Notes: generated by a model not told the origin, from the sequence alone. Numbered from the stretch's first letter, positions 45,102-58,931 are shown. The stretch is 64,000 nt of DNA from Paraphysomonas bandaiensis (GCA_965644295.1 CBFFRP010000188.1:11658-75657); one strand, 5' to 3'. Numbers and translations: made by a program.

Positions 45102-48100
45102 TCATGACTTATTTAACTGTTTCTCAAGTTCTTCGTTGATCTTCTTAATACTCATCATCTTTCCACTTTTTAAAGCTTTAATACGCTGCATATCAGCCTT
45201 GTTCCCATGTGATGGTCGGCTACTACTGTCCCCATCTTTGTATACACTACTCCTCTGTTTTTTACTACGTGTTTTTTCTTTCTTTGGCAAACGAGGGGAT
45301 TCCGGAGTACCCTGTTCCGCAATGGCCAAACTGTTTTCCATCACATGTGCATTAACCCCTACATTAATTTCATCTTCGGAGACCTCTTCCAAACCCACAT
45401 CAGAATCAACAGCTTTCTTGCTACTGGGGCGTTTGCGCTTTCGCTTGCGACCGGCCTTCTCACCATCAGTATCTAAACTAGATCTCGTCGCTTCCGATAC
45501 TTGTACTTCCTGTTTCGGCTTAGATTTTTTTGCACTTTTCGTAGCTTCCTGCCCAACAGGTTCCTCATGGTCGGCATTAAACCCAACAGCTTGATGCTGA
45601 GCACCTGAATAGCATATACAATATAGTTACTGCACACGTAGACATGGATATCTCTATACAGCAACATGGCAATAGGGAACTATATCTATCTCATGCTTAC
45701 CTGTTTGTTCTAACTCTTGCAGCATCGCCTCGGCTTTTTTCTGGCGAACAACCAAAGCTTTCCACTCCGAAGGGTTTCTTGCAAATAACTCCATCTGTGT
45801 CAAACGCATAACAACCTTTCCTTCACGGGTAGGGACTATTGCACTGCGGTTTGTAGGATTGGCGAGGGCAGACACAATTCGTTCTTTGTCCACTTCTGAA
45901 GCATGTTCGTAACACTGTCTAAGGGTATGGTGGCCCACAGCATGCGTAGCGAGAGCAACAAGGTTCGGCTGCTCAAGCATATAATTACATTAGTACAAAC
46001 ACACTACACTGTGAAAATACGACGGGTATTGTACAAAATCATAGATTTATATTGACGACGGTTATACATGCACGTAGATGCATGATATATAGGCCACATA
46101 CCAAGATAAAATTCGAAAGAAGAAGTGATCTGCCTCGTCCATTACTTTTGCAGGAAAAGAAGCCGTCCATGACACACCTGCACCAAAATACACCGTTTCA
46201 TGGACCGTGGTAAATAGAATAAATAGAATACAACACATATTCCACAGGCTGTGCATATATAGCGCACACACAGACAACCCATCCAAACAACCATCCAAAA
46301 GTTATGAAATTTGTTTTACGTGTAAAAATACCTGCTCATTGGTCCTGAACAACAGATACAAAGCAAAGTTTCTTCTGGAAGTCGACAAATTGCATTGCAA
46401 ATAACTCGGCAGCATGAGGTTCCCTCCAATTCTAACATAGCCTGTATCCACATATTACGATTAATGCACATGTCACATAAATAGCTTACCCCTAAGAGCC
46501 GACTAGTTAGTATAGCCACCGGGCTATGTCCCGGAATGGCGTCTGAATTAGTACTTTGCATACTGGACTTATAATTCGAGTGGCCTTTGCTTTTTGCCGC
46601 AGGGGCATTGTGCGACATGTCCGCTTTAAACGGCTTGAACTTATTAATCAATGCTCCGTCTAAAGCACTCCGAAACTCGCTTCCCTCAAAATCAAAATCT
46701 TGATGGCTCTCACTTTCTAGACCACTCCACACTCTTGTCACTTCAAGGCCTATGTAGTTCGATTGACAGCTCAATGTGTCATTACCACTTCCACGGTGGA
46801 CGAGATATTTCTCCGCAGCTGAAGCAAGCTTTATCATCCATAATACAACGCCACCTTTTTGTCTGACAAGATAGGGAAAGAGTTCAGGCTCTGCGAGAGC
46901 ATTCTTCGACAAAAGCTTTTCCGTCTACAGGCCACACCAAGTTACCATGAAGAGCTACATGAAACAGAGAGACGCTTTACCATGACAATGGCGGCAGTGA
47001 GGTGCTCCTCAGATTGCTCCGCAGAGATAAACTTATTGCTACTTATAGTCCAGGAGAATTCGCTTGTAAAACGTTTCATGATAGCTTGCAGTATAAAGTT
47101 TCCAACTCCGTCTCTAGCAAACTCAATCACAGTATCTGCGTTATTTAGTAGGCACTTCTCAGTTAGCGGAATCAGGAACTCCAAACTGAAAGGAATTGAA
47201 TGAGCTTCGTACATACTGCGAAAGAAATGTACCTTGCACACTCAATGATGGTCTCCAAAAAGTAACTTCCACTCTTATCACCCCCCATTGCATAATAAAC
47301 CACCGCACATAGTTCTTCGCCACTATACACAAGAGATTAAATTTATAGGTGGATTACTAAAATGAATAGTTTACTTTTTATCGGGAGGAGAATCATATTC
47401 CAGCATACATCTAGCAATACGATGCGCCATTTCAGGACCGTCCTAATAGAGAGCGGTAAATTAGATCTTTAAGATATTCTGCATAAATTTATACCTGGAC
47501 AATATGTGGGCTAAAAAGAATACGCAGCAATATGCCGAGCACAGCACAGCTAGAGGTGTTGGCCGCCAGCTCTTGCAGTTCCCTGCTAGCCCTACAATAA
47601 CAATTAACTTTAGATACTTACATACCTTCGGACAAGTTTCTTACCCCACATCTCCTCCTCCATGTGCAGGAGAGAGCAGGCCTTCTGCGGCCCTCTTCAG
47701 CGAATCTGTATGCTAAGAATCAGTGCACGATCCAGAAAATCAAGCAATTAAAGAGTGCAGATACCAAGCTAACAAAGTGCGCAAGTGCAGTGTAGAAAGT
47801 GACTGACAATATAATACCATGAAACGCTTCCGGGACACCGAAGCACACTCGACTGTCAAAGTGATACCCTCCTTTAACGATCAATTTGTCCATGGGCTCA
47901 GAAAGCGACACTGAATGCTGATGCTTCGATGCCTTTCCCTTTTTCTCGGATATTACGGGCATCCCAGATAAAAGACAGATTACTGAACGCAGTACATGGC
48001 TACCACACTGCTCCAATGCAATAAATTTGAATGATTCAAGAACACTCTGAACAAATTTCAGCACAGTTGACTCCAACACTTCATCTTCAACATCATGAGT

Positions 48101-48481
48101 TGCATTCGACTTTATTAAATGACATAAACGTGCTAAAATAGCTTGTACAACATGTGATGAATATCTATTTTGTGAGAGGAATATAACATATGGAGCACAC
48201 CGGTTCATAATCTCCATCAGTTGTGTTGTGTTGGCAGCATAACATAACTTTTCGATAATATAATTTGTACGTCGATCACTTGCAGCACTAGCTGTACGAT
48301 GTTTTATTTCATCCAATACATTATTCACGAGTATTTCTACACCATCTGCATCAATCTCATCCAATTGAGCCTCTAACTGAGATAGATACACAGCTGTCTC
48401 TTCTTCCAGTCGACGAGGTTTCTCAAACTCCACATTACTCCCATATGATGAGCTGGCTGTTTTCTCTTTATGTGAGGACAT
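45102..48481 (-). CDS. NOP9: Nucleolar protein 9 (Puf/Pumilio-repeat), multi-exon
   Basis: N-terminal RRLEEETAVYL; Puf-like repeats NRYSSHVVQAIL, CGSHVLRS, SGSYFLETI, VGNFILQA and VGHHTLRQC; K-rich tail. Confidence 0.85.
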
Positions 48482-48612
48482 GTTATGAATAATAGAATAG
48501 ATGAGGATCAATGTGATGACTCTGAACTGTTCCAACAACTATACAAACACGAAAGGCACCAGAGCCATCACTTCACACCATACCTCTCGACCTACACGTA
48601 CCTACCTACAGT

Positions 48613-48874
48613 ACATACATACATACATACATACATACATACATACATACATACATACATACATACATACATACATACATACATACATACATACATACAT
48701 ACATACATACATACATACATACATACATACATACATACATACATACATACATACATACATACATACATACATACATACATACATACATACATACATACAT
48801 ACATACATACATACATACATACATACATACATACATACATACATACATACATACATACATACATACATACATAC
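48613..48874. repeat. (ACAT)n microsatellite
   Basis: Perfect tetranucleotide array upstream of NOP9. Confidence 0.98.
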
Positions 48875-49822
48875 AGCAGTACAATCCCAGTGATCATAGT
48901 GGTTCATCTCACAACACTCACTCCTATTGACTATTCAACAAACAATGCATCCACCACTTTTTAGACCTCACCCTGATTGTGCAGAGGTACTCCACCTATT
49001 ACCCTCTTCATTAACCTAACTGTCAGTATATCAGTATGTAAATGCTCTAGTTGAGTGTCATGAAAAATACGCTATAGGTAACTGCACTCCCCTCATATCT
49101 CTCTATATTCATGAAAGTTATATAGGTAAATTTTTTGGGATGTGTAATCAAGACAAGAATGCTCTCGATAAGTGTTTTAGACTCGAGAAATTATCTCGAG
49201 CACAAAGAAACAAAGAAGCAGTTCCTCGTGGAACAAATCCATTAATGCAGCGTTCATTTGATGATCCATTTTTCCATAAAACAACAGACTCAGAGAGTTC
49301 TTAAAGCAATTCAATGGGAATGAATACTATAATGTAATGTGTCCCATTTAGGACTATAGCTGTACATTGACTTTTTCTGACTATTTCGAGTAGTGAAAGT
49401 AGTTTGAAATATTAATTGAATAATTGAATAATTGAAGGAGTGGACTATATTCTGTAGTCGGACATATTAGTGACAACTGTATTCTTTTATTTGAATCTGA
49501 ATCCATACTCCAAATTATATTCTAGGTTTCATCAGAATGTATTAAGATTCACTAATTCACTATATATATATCGTATACGTGAATACAACATAATACAATG
49601 AAATAACAATTTGCTGAATTATCATCAGACTATACAAGATATGCTTCTGTGTTATTGGGCCCAATCATCCTTACAATCGTGTTTGCTAGCATACTACATG
49701 GCTTTTTTCCTCATATGAAGCATTTTATTTTTACCCTTGATTCAATGTGTATCTCCCAATAAGTATCACAACTGGCTACAAATCTTTGCTGTATAATATG
49801 TAAGCAACTTGTTCTACTGTAC

Positions 49823-49937
49823 CAGGGCTAGGGAAAAATATATTGCAATAATATATACTATTGACAGCCATTTTATCAGAAGCAATATTGATGGAATATT
49901 TGGTCGGTGCAATTAAATATATTGTTTCCTAGCCCTG
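49823..49937. mobile_element. 115-bp hAT-type MITE
   Basis: TIRs CAGGGCTAGGGAAAAATATATT and AATATATTGTTTCCTAGCCCTG; perfect 8-bp TSD TACTGTAC at 49815-49822 and 49938-49945. Confidence 0.9.
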
Positions 49938-50223
49938 TACTGTACTAAGTTCGTTTATAGTCTATATATAGAACTACCGTATGCTATACTTGCAAGATCA
50001 ACTGTAGGGTAAAAGTATGTCTTTATAGCGCACAAAATTCATAGTTATTCCATCCACCATATCAAATAGTCAAATTAAATTAGAGTACGAACATGTACTG
50101 AAACCGAATTATCGTATTGGCACTAAATAATAGTTAAATATTTGTACAACTTATTTATATATACTAGCTACTCGTATATACTGCGGCTTAACTTTTACCA
50201 ATTTATCATAAAAATGACAACAG

Positions 50224-53200
50224 TTAAACCTTCCTAAAACGTATTTTTACAGGTCTTTTACCGTTCTTTAGTGTGCTCACTACATGGGTATGTGAGAGAT
50301 ACTTTTCATCGTTTACTCCTAGCACCATATATCCTATTTGCACCCCCAAAGTTTCTGCTGGTCCTTTGGGTACAATACTAGATACCACTGACTGCGCGTA
50401 TACTCCCGGCCTCTCATCAAGACTCAGGCCAAGGTCGCCCTCCTATAACATAATCAACAGAAATTTTAATTGATGGAAAATAGTGCCAATTCACAGGAGG
50501 TCCTTACTATCTGCTAAGGAATAAATACAGTGTAAATCATACCTCTACAAATATAACTTCCAGCTCATCCTCTGTTAGTGGGTTCAACCGTTCTTCTCTC
50601 GTAGACATTTCATCAACCTACAGGACACTAGTAAATGATAGTACACACCATTCTCATACAGCTAAGTATCAATCAATCAAAATATACATTGACCACAGCT
50701 TTTAACAATATACATATGACTTTGACGTACAAAAGCCATACATGTAATCAATGAATACATTCTCTTATGAATACACACCTGGGAGGTGACAAGACGAATC
50801 ATATCTTCTTTAACTACAGATTCACTTGAACTCCCTTGCTGTTTACTGCCTCCACTATCATCCCTTATAATGCTACTCCTCTCGGTTTTCATATTTTCAT
50901 TAGTACTAAACGAAGTCGGCGATGAGTTTCCAGACGGCATTATCCAAGACGACGCAGAGAACTGGGCTACAAATTGCGGGGAAATCGGCGAATCATTCTG
51001 CTTGCGCCTTATTACCAAAGTGATAGGATACTCAATGGCGGGTAATATCGTCATGAAATCGTCGTATCCCTCCACCCATCGGTCCTTGACGCCAATAACA
51101 CAATCCCCCACATATATACCCTTGTCACTGGCATATCCACCTGTCACTACCTGCACTCAACAATTACTGATCGTAAAAAGATCTGATACGAAGAGACTAT
51201 AACTACTAGTATTCCATATCAATTCTCAGAAAACAGTACACGACTTAAATGTTGTGCAAACCCAAAATGTTGTAATGGAAAAGAATTCAATGTACATACT
51301 ATATCTCACTCAAGGGCCTACACACACTTGAGGAAATTTTACGAGGTATGTACCTTCACAATCTCCGCCCTGCCACCTTGTCCACGAGCCACTGTCATCC
51401 CCAGAGGTGGACTGGAGAAAGTGACCCGGAAATCAAATTGCTGGCGCTTTGAATTCTGAAAGGCGAACATCACTATTAACTCATATACAGTAACGTTGGG
51501 CATGTGTGCATTGACTTCGAGATATCACAGGTATCGCAGGTTCACACATATACATATACTCACAGTACTATCTCCATCTTTTATCCACTGGCTTATGTTA
51601 ACGCCATCTTTGTCAGTATCAATGAAACCATTGTCGTCTTCCGCACCCTCATAATCTGGTGTCTTCCCAGACGAAGAATATTCAGATACGAAACAACGTC
51701 CACTAGTGCCAGTAACAGATATTGAAGTGACTAGATCATGATTATCTATTGCAACGCGCAATTGTTCGTGTGAGATATGATCGGATTTCGAGCCGTCCTC
51801 GTAAACAATCTGTCTCAGATATTAAGTTGGGCAGAAACACATTTATACATGAATGAAACAAGCATTCAAATATATCAACAGCAAATTATGTAGACAAAGT
51901 AAACGATGCTGAACAGAAGTATAAAAGTTGTACATACAGCATGGAAATGAAGGTTTGGTACTGTACATGCCTCAAATGTTCCATCTTCATAAATTCGTTC
52001 TATAAATCCTATTCGACAACTAGAAGAAGACTTGTTTTCCAGCTCAGCCCCGTCCTCACTTCCAATATGAGCCGGGTCCAAAAGCACATAGACTTTACTG
52101 CCAATCTATATACCATAATACACACATATAAGTAGCGATCGATATATATCGTATCCAACACACCACTGTTAGGACACACCACACTAAAGAGTACTCATGT
52201 GTGCACTTCACGAGAGCACAAATACAGCATGCATAATACAGTACACTGAGTAGCATAAGCGCAGTGTCTAGACGCACAGTGATGTCAGTAAATATACTAC
52301 ACACAATACAGTAGTACGTGTATATAATAGGACAGCGAACTTTCACTACCTCAACTTCGACTTCATCATCAAGAGTTTCATCATCGACTATATCTTTTTC
52401 GCTGTCCTCATTGAATGTGTTCACATGCTCACCACGCTCAGTATCACTTTGGCCATTGCATCCATTTCCATTCCCATCTCTATTTCTATGCTCACAACTA
52501 GATACAGAATTCTCTTCGTTAGCCAGCTCTGTAGCAAGATTTTCACCAATACAGTGAAATGTATCCCGTTGTTCACTGTGCAGGTTATCATGGTCACGAT
52601 CACTTAAGTTCCTTACTCTTTGCTTATCTGATGAGGATAGACATCGTTTCAGTGTCTTCAACTTGATTAGTGGTGTCACACAGTTTGACTTAATATCAGA
52701 ATGGGGAATATTACTGGAATCGTATTTCCTTTCCTCCACAGTTGGCAGGGTAGAAATTTTACGAGAAAACAATATTTGCAGTGGCCTGGGCATATACGGA
52801 ATCATATGCATGATTTCATCATAATTTTGAAGTCGCTTTCCCATCACCCCCTCCACTTGATCGCCGACTTGGATTCCCTTTGTTTCAGCCGGACCACCAG
52901 GGACCACCTTCAATACGATTGCATGGTCACGAAAGTCTTTCGACAGTGTCAGTCCCATAGGACCTTCTGTGAACGTGTACTCATCATACTCCTTAACAAC
53001 ACTATTTTCTGACAGTGAACACGAGAGTTGTTGATTCGTCTCTCGCATGTGCTTAGAGGAAAAATTGGTGCCCAAAAACTGCGAAGAACTATTCGAGTAC
53101 GATTGGTTAGGAGCAGTATCGCTATGTTGTGTCCTAGATTCATCCCCGGCTATACCCTCAAGAACAAGTTGCACACGTTGTTTGAGCTTATTTCTGTAGT

Positions 53201-53827
53201 GCGAAGCCGTCGTAGTATGGTACAGAGTTTCTAGTGGAGAGTTAGCAATACCATGCTGGGCAAAAAACGTGCGAATTTGACCATTTCCACCTTGCCGCAA
53301 GTATTCCACCTGGTGAAGATATGAATAGCTGACCTTATAAAACTATCTTACAGCCCAAGTATATATTGAGAAGGTAATGCAAATACTACCAATAGAACAC
53401 TAATAAGGAGTATATCTCTAACTTATTTTCAACTCATTGGGTAGTACATATTCACACTTGTCCACAGAGTACCCAGATACATATGAAAATGTACATGCCA
53501 CAAATGAAAACACACATCACACCAAATATAAATATCGCCAATATACCTGCTCACGGGTCCATGTATCCATATGCACAGATCTCACAAAGCTTGTGTGTAC
53601 ACCCAATCCCCTATGTCTCCCTGCACAGTCCAAGCATAACAGTGTCCCATGATTCACTGATGCCCAATCCGTGTCCACCGAAGAGCAATCACAACACTTA
53701 CTATAAACAAATAATTCCCATTACTCTTATTAGAGAATAATTATAATGAATGAGGTGATACGTACTTGTTTCCGTCTAGTGAGAGCACCTCCTGTAAGAC
53801 ATGGCGGGGAAATGGAGTGGGATTCAT
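50224..53827 (-). CDS. ArfGAP domain + three PDZ domains, multi-exon
   Basis: Exon ~53547-53700 encodes CCDC..DWASVNHGTLLCLDCAGRHRGLGVHTSFVRS; GGN follows; PDZ-like GPMGLTL..GGPAE..GIQVGD, PPLGMTV..GIYVGD and GDLGLSL..GPAETLGVQIG. Confidence 0.85.
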
Positions 53828-54526
53828 ATATAATACAAAGCAGTTCAACTGCAGATGTAATGAGTGTGTAGTTTTCAATGAGAGTGATGTTAGATGGAGT
53901 GTATTGATGAAGGTATGGATAGTGTCCAAAGTCCAAAGGAGTGACTGAGTGAATCAGCCCAGCGATGATGATGTATATGAATGTACGTAAATAGTCATAT
54001 GCAGTACACTGTACTATAGTACATATATGGATGGACAAACAGAGTATGGAGTTCGCATGTACTGCTGTACTTGTATACTATTCTCTACCGGCTTTGTACA
54101 TCTATACAGCACAAAATACTTTCCATAAGTACATTCATACTATGTATACTGGTACAGTACATATACAGCAACAGTACGGTCCCGTACGTCTAGACGTGTA
54201 AAGTTCTGCTGTGGTATGTATGTACGGTATGTATGGTATGGTACAGATATCATATAGAAAACAACGTTAAACCCCTTCATAATACCATAACAATAGAATA
54301 TGAACCACATCAAGTGTCGTTCATGAGTTCATTATCAATTAATACATTCTTTGTGTATTAAACCTATACAATCTATCAATGACAGACTCAGATAGCCTTT
54401 TAGATCATTCAATAACCCACTACATGGCGATATATCTTATACACAGTCATCCTCATATATAATCACATAACATCACACTCTAGATATCATTCAACTCAAA
54501 CATATCATTTTGAATATCTTTTTATA

Positions 54527-57125
54527 ATGTTTTCTTCTATTTTAAATCAATTTCATAGTAATGATAAACGTAGTGATCCAGAAGAGGAACTTATTCGTAC
54601 CGAGGAAACATACGTGAATGAGCTCACCACACTTGTTGAAACATTTGTAGTACCACTTGAAAAGTGGTTGACTAAAATCCAGCTTGTCAAAGGAAAGCAA
54701 AATGCCGAATATTGTCTTGATAGTATTGTTCTGGAGAATAATGTCGATATCGTTCAAGGGTTGTTCTCTAACATCAAGGTGATACTGGATTGCAATCGGC
54801 TTATGCTGGATAGTCTTCAAACAGCCTACAAAAATGATGACAACTGTGCAGTAGTTATGGCGTTTTTACGTCATGCTCCTTACTTAAAGCTGTATTCCCA
54901 GTACTCGAAAAACTACCACAGAGCCACATCCTTGTTATCACAGCTCATGAATGATTCTCGGTATGTAAGCACTAAATACAATGTAACACGTGTTATATTA
55001 TAACATAGTGATGTCTGTATGTCATCTATAGTGAGAGTTTTGGAAAGATAGTGTTGTCATATATATGAGACTAAGTATTTAGGATAATGTCGTTACTGTC
55101 AGGTTTGCTGCCTTCATTGCTTGTGCGGAATTGCAAAAGCAGTGTCACGGTCTCAACTTACAGGCCTTTCTAATCATGCCTGTACAACGAGGACCGAGGT
55201 ACTTATATTCATGTATCTAGCCTTTAAATTCTGTATCATATGAAACATCATACTTGATATGTGATCTAATGTTATGTTGTATGTAGGTATGAGTTGCTTC
55301 TCAAAGAGATGCTGAAACAGACTAAAGACGAGAGTAAACGCTTGTTAATTCAAGATGCTCTGCATACCATAGTGAAAGTACGTTTGAATACGAAATGTAC
55401 TCTACATACCCTGCAATACATATGGAAGCTGTGTGATTTTATCACGATTGCATTCTACAGGTAATAAAGAACATTGACCATGCTGCAAGCGGACAGGAAA
55501 ACAAACTCATAGAACTGCAAGAGGCATTTAAGATTAGCCTCACTGAACCGGCGAGGTCCTTTGTACGATGTGGACACCTAAAAAAAGTATGCCATAGCGG
55601 GAGAAAAAGTAAGTGAAAAGGGATATTTGTTGTCGGGTTCAAAACTTTATGTTGCCTGTGTATATCGTATAATGTTTTGTTTCTGATAATTGTTGCAGCC
55701 TTCTTTTTTGTTCTTTGTAGTGATATCATTTTCTATGGGGAAGAGCTGGCAGGACGTTTCTCGAAGTCATCTAATAAGCAGCGCTATAAATTTCATCGCG
55801 AGTTTTCATTGGATGAAATACACTTAGTGCTCATGTCCAATAACTCCAAGTCATTCATCATAAGAGGCATAGACAAAGGTATATGACCGAAATCGTACAT
55901 CGTATATGTTGTTCTTCTCCTAACACTCATCGACTAATAACATGGATATTCGTTACTGTAGTGTTCGAGGTTGAAGCTTCTTCTCCAGAAGAATGTGCGA
56001 GTTGGGTAGATGACCTTCTAACAATGAAAAGTGTGAAAAGGCTTAAAGTCCAATCGAAATCTTCGCAGAAAAACGCCCACAATCCGACAGGTGCGTCTTG
56101 ACCGGTAATATATTAGCTTATGGTACTTCTGTTTGTATTGTACACAGTCTTTTATCTTTCCGTCTTAATGCTGTTACTGTACTCAGGAGGATCCGTGGCT
56201 GTAAACGGTTTCGGTCCTGTTTTTCGTTTATGGCAAATTGATCCTGTAACTAACAATACAGTAATAAGGAAGTACACGATCCCCTTTGGCATAAGTGACA
56301 CCAGTGGTGTGCTTTTGATGGATGATCTGATAGGTGAAGACGAAGCTTATGATTCTAGGCCATCTTCTATGTCAAGACCGTCTTCAACTACTAGACCAAC
56401 TTCCACGTCGGCATCCGGGTCACAACGGTCCCATTCATTGACTACCATATCTTCGACTTCATCTGTACAGCGCCCGTCAAGCGTATCTGCTTCGCAGCGT
56501 ACTTCACGCTCCAGTACAGTAACTCAACCTAACGCCCTGCAGCTTCAGCAACAGTACGACGCGCTTCAGAAGAAGCGTGCGCAAGATATCTTTGGAACGA
56601 ACGAGTTACTAGTTCCAACGAAGCCGTTTGAAACTAAATTATCCATATCATCCAAGGATGCATCGTCATCTGTTGAAGAAATTAACGTCAGCGAAGGAGG
56701 AAGTTTTCCAAGTCCACCGAAGTTGCACTCCATATGGTCAGTTGATATGGAGATGTTGGATGACGATCAAACGAATCTGCATCGAGAAGACATTGTCAGT
56801 GGAGGCTTTGACGAACATTCTGGACAAGGTGTGTTGTGGGTTTAATTGAACAAGTAGTATTACATATATTGTGATGTTTACATTCTTCACAGGTCAAGCA
56901 CAGGACGCCCACTTCCTTCCATATGTTGGTGACCTTGAATCAGATATGTTGTACCGAAAGCAGAAGCAGCAGCACAACAACTCCTCTGTAATGGAAAGGT
57001 CTCACGAGAAAGACGATAATAACGGAAAGGAATCAACTGCGACTGGTTCGGACCCGTTCGATAATATTTGTCCGATTCGGAAATCCCCCACAACAGGGTC
57101 AGGTAATGGTACTCGATTTTTATGA
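54527..57125 (+). CDS. RhoGEF (DH-PH) with Ser-rich C-terminus, multi-exon
   Basis: ELIRTEETYV, LFSNI, LKLYSQY..NY and FLIMPVQRGPRYELLLKEMLK; PH RSFVRCGHLKK...FFVLCSD...CASWVDDL. Confidence 0.9.
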
Positions 57126-57844
57126 TCTATCAGTCGAATTCAGTTTATCTTTGTCAAATATGATAGCGAATATAGATTGTGTTCAGCATGCTTGATAGAT
57201 TGTTTATTTCATGTGTCGTGGTGTTTGGGAGTATTACCTTGTACCATTTTTTCTATTATAGTGCAGTAAATATACTGCATGGACTACATATATCACTTTG
57301 TTAACAGGTGTCACTTAGATGGGGGCAACTTTTCTCATATTATCGACTGAATTTGGCGGTGTTTCCATATCCGAGTAAACTTTTGAGCAGCTATTGTGTA
57401 TATATTCTATGGTGCAAACCATCGTTCGTGTTATATTCTTTTAGCGTTTCTTCAATCTAATGTTCATGGGCTTATGTGGTATAAAATAGAGTACATATGT
57501 GGGCTATTCTCACAGCAATAACGGTAGGAGTAGAGGCAGGCTAATAATACTTACGTCCGTTTATTTTTCGTTTGTTCTACGCATTATATTCCTAAAACTG
57601 TGTTTAGTGATTATATATTACAACATTCAAGCAAGTAGGGCGTTGTGCAATGAACATGGTTTATAGTTCCAATTCTCTCGCTTCATACCACACCAAACAA
57701 ACTCGAGCACGCCCCATCATTTCACACAAAAACGAAATACACTGACAACAATTTCTCCTCTCAAGACTGTCGGGTTTAACGCCTATGAGATGAAAAAAGC
57801 TGTGAAACAACCCCGAGTATAGTCACCTCTAAGTGTGAATTTGG

Positions 57845-57930
57845 CCCTCAACAAAGTTGGACTCGCACCTTTTCGTGGTGTTGTGGGGAATGAGTACCGG
57901 AGATATTTCTTCGGGAAACTAACGTGAGCC
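57845..57930 (+). ncRNA. HDV-like self-cleaving ribozyme (predicted)
   Basis: P1 57846-52/57880-86; P2 57862-66/57924-28; P3 ACC/GGU; L3 UUUUCGU; GG; P4 57897-903/57908-14; J4/2 CUAA with candidate catalytic C57919. Confidence 0.72.
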
Positions 57931-58305
57931 GCATATACAGTCAGCAGATATTGTTCTGCCCACTCATAGCCAAATGCTTGTGTGGAACAAGTGACACTAA
58001 GTAGTCTTTGGGCCTTGACAAATAAACAGGCATTCGGGAATGAGCTCACCTCAAGGGCAACCGGGTTATTGGGCTGCCTGATGAAGTCAAGCATCCGGGC
58101 TGTTCACCTTAAGGCCTCAAAAATCTTGAAGTCAGCAGATGTCATATCAACATTCTGCTTGCTCACTGCGTTTGCTTTGAGCGAAAGTGGATGCACGTTG
58201 GTGCTTGCGGTGACGCACAAGTAGCTTTCGTGCGTTAAATTGTAGGATATCAGAGATAATCACTGACTCTTTAATGTCTATAGCTAATAATAAGACATTC
58301 ACTAC
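57845..58305 (+). mobile_element. Full-length family A ribozyme-headed SINE-like element (461 bp)
   Basis: Colinear with 15864-16323 and 44254-44606; same CCCTCAAC start and GACATTCACTAC end; no TSD recognisable. Confidence 0.88.
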
Positions 58306-58920
58306 TCATCATTTATAGTCATTCGATAATTCTATATTGCCACTACTACCAATCAATATTATCAGATCATAGATAATCAAGATTCATATATATCAATATT
58401 ATAGTGTCAATTTTATATTTCAGTTTACTATCAAATTCATATTATTTCATTAATCCATGTGCTACAGTTGTCAAGTACTGTATTCTTCAACAAACGGCCA
58501 AAATTCAAAGTCCTTAAAAAGAAACTTTCAATTGCTTACAAATAAGAAAAACTCGAAATGATGAGGCGAAAGCTGTTATTAACATCTACAGCCAACGTCG
58601 TCGTATTTGATTTCTAATTTGCCGATAATTTATAGCGGAAATTTTTGTTTACTTGACGTGGTATATACGTCTAAGTTTGTGTGATGAGATAACCAACTGT
58701 TTAACTAAGGCGAACAATACATGTCAATATGTGTATGTAGCACTTTCTCGGAATACCTTTTTGCTTGCTTCTTGTTGAGGTTTGCTGCTTGAGAGCAATT
58801 AAAAGCTGTAGTTCTAAGGAATTTGAATTGTGACCGTTACATGAATAATACAACAACGATTAACAGTGTTGCATAAACTATTGATGATAAGAATAATAGT
58901 AGTGAAACTGTATAAGATCG
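58306..58920. repeat. Two family B copies in divergent orientation (58306-58539 -, 58794-58920 +)
   Basis: AGCAATT(G/A)AAAG starts on opposite strands; matches the 6880-7190 and 11008-11230 copies. Confidence 0.6.
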
Positions 58921-58931
58921 TGTCTATATAT

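Noticed and set aside
57770-57800. GGGTTTAACGCCTAT resembling the LINE terminal block
   Set aside because: Match too short to call an additional copy.
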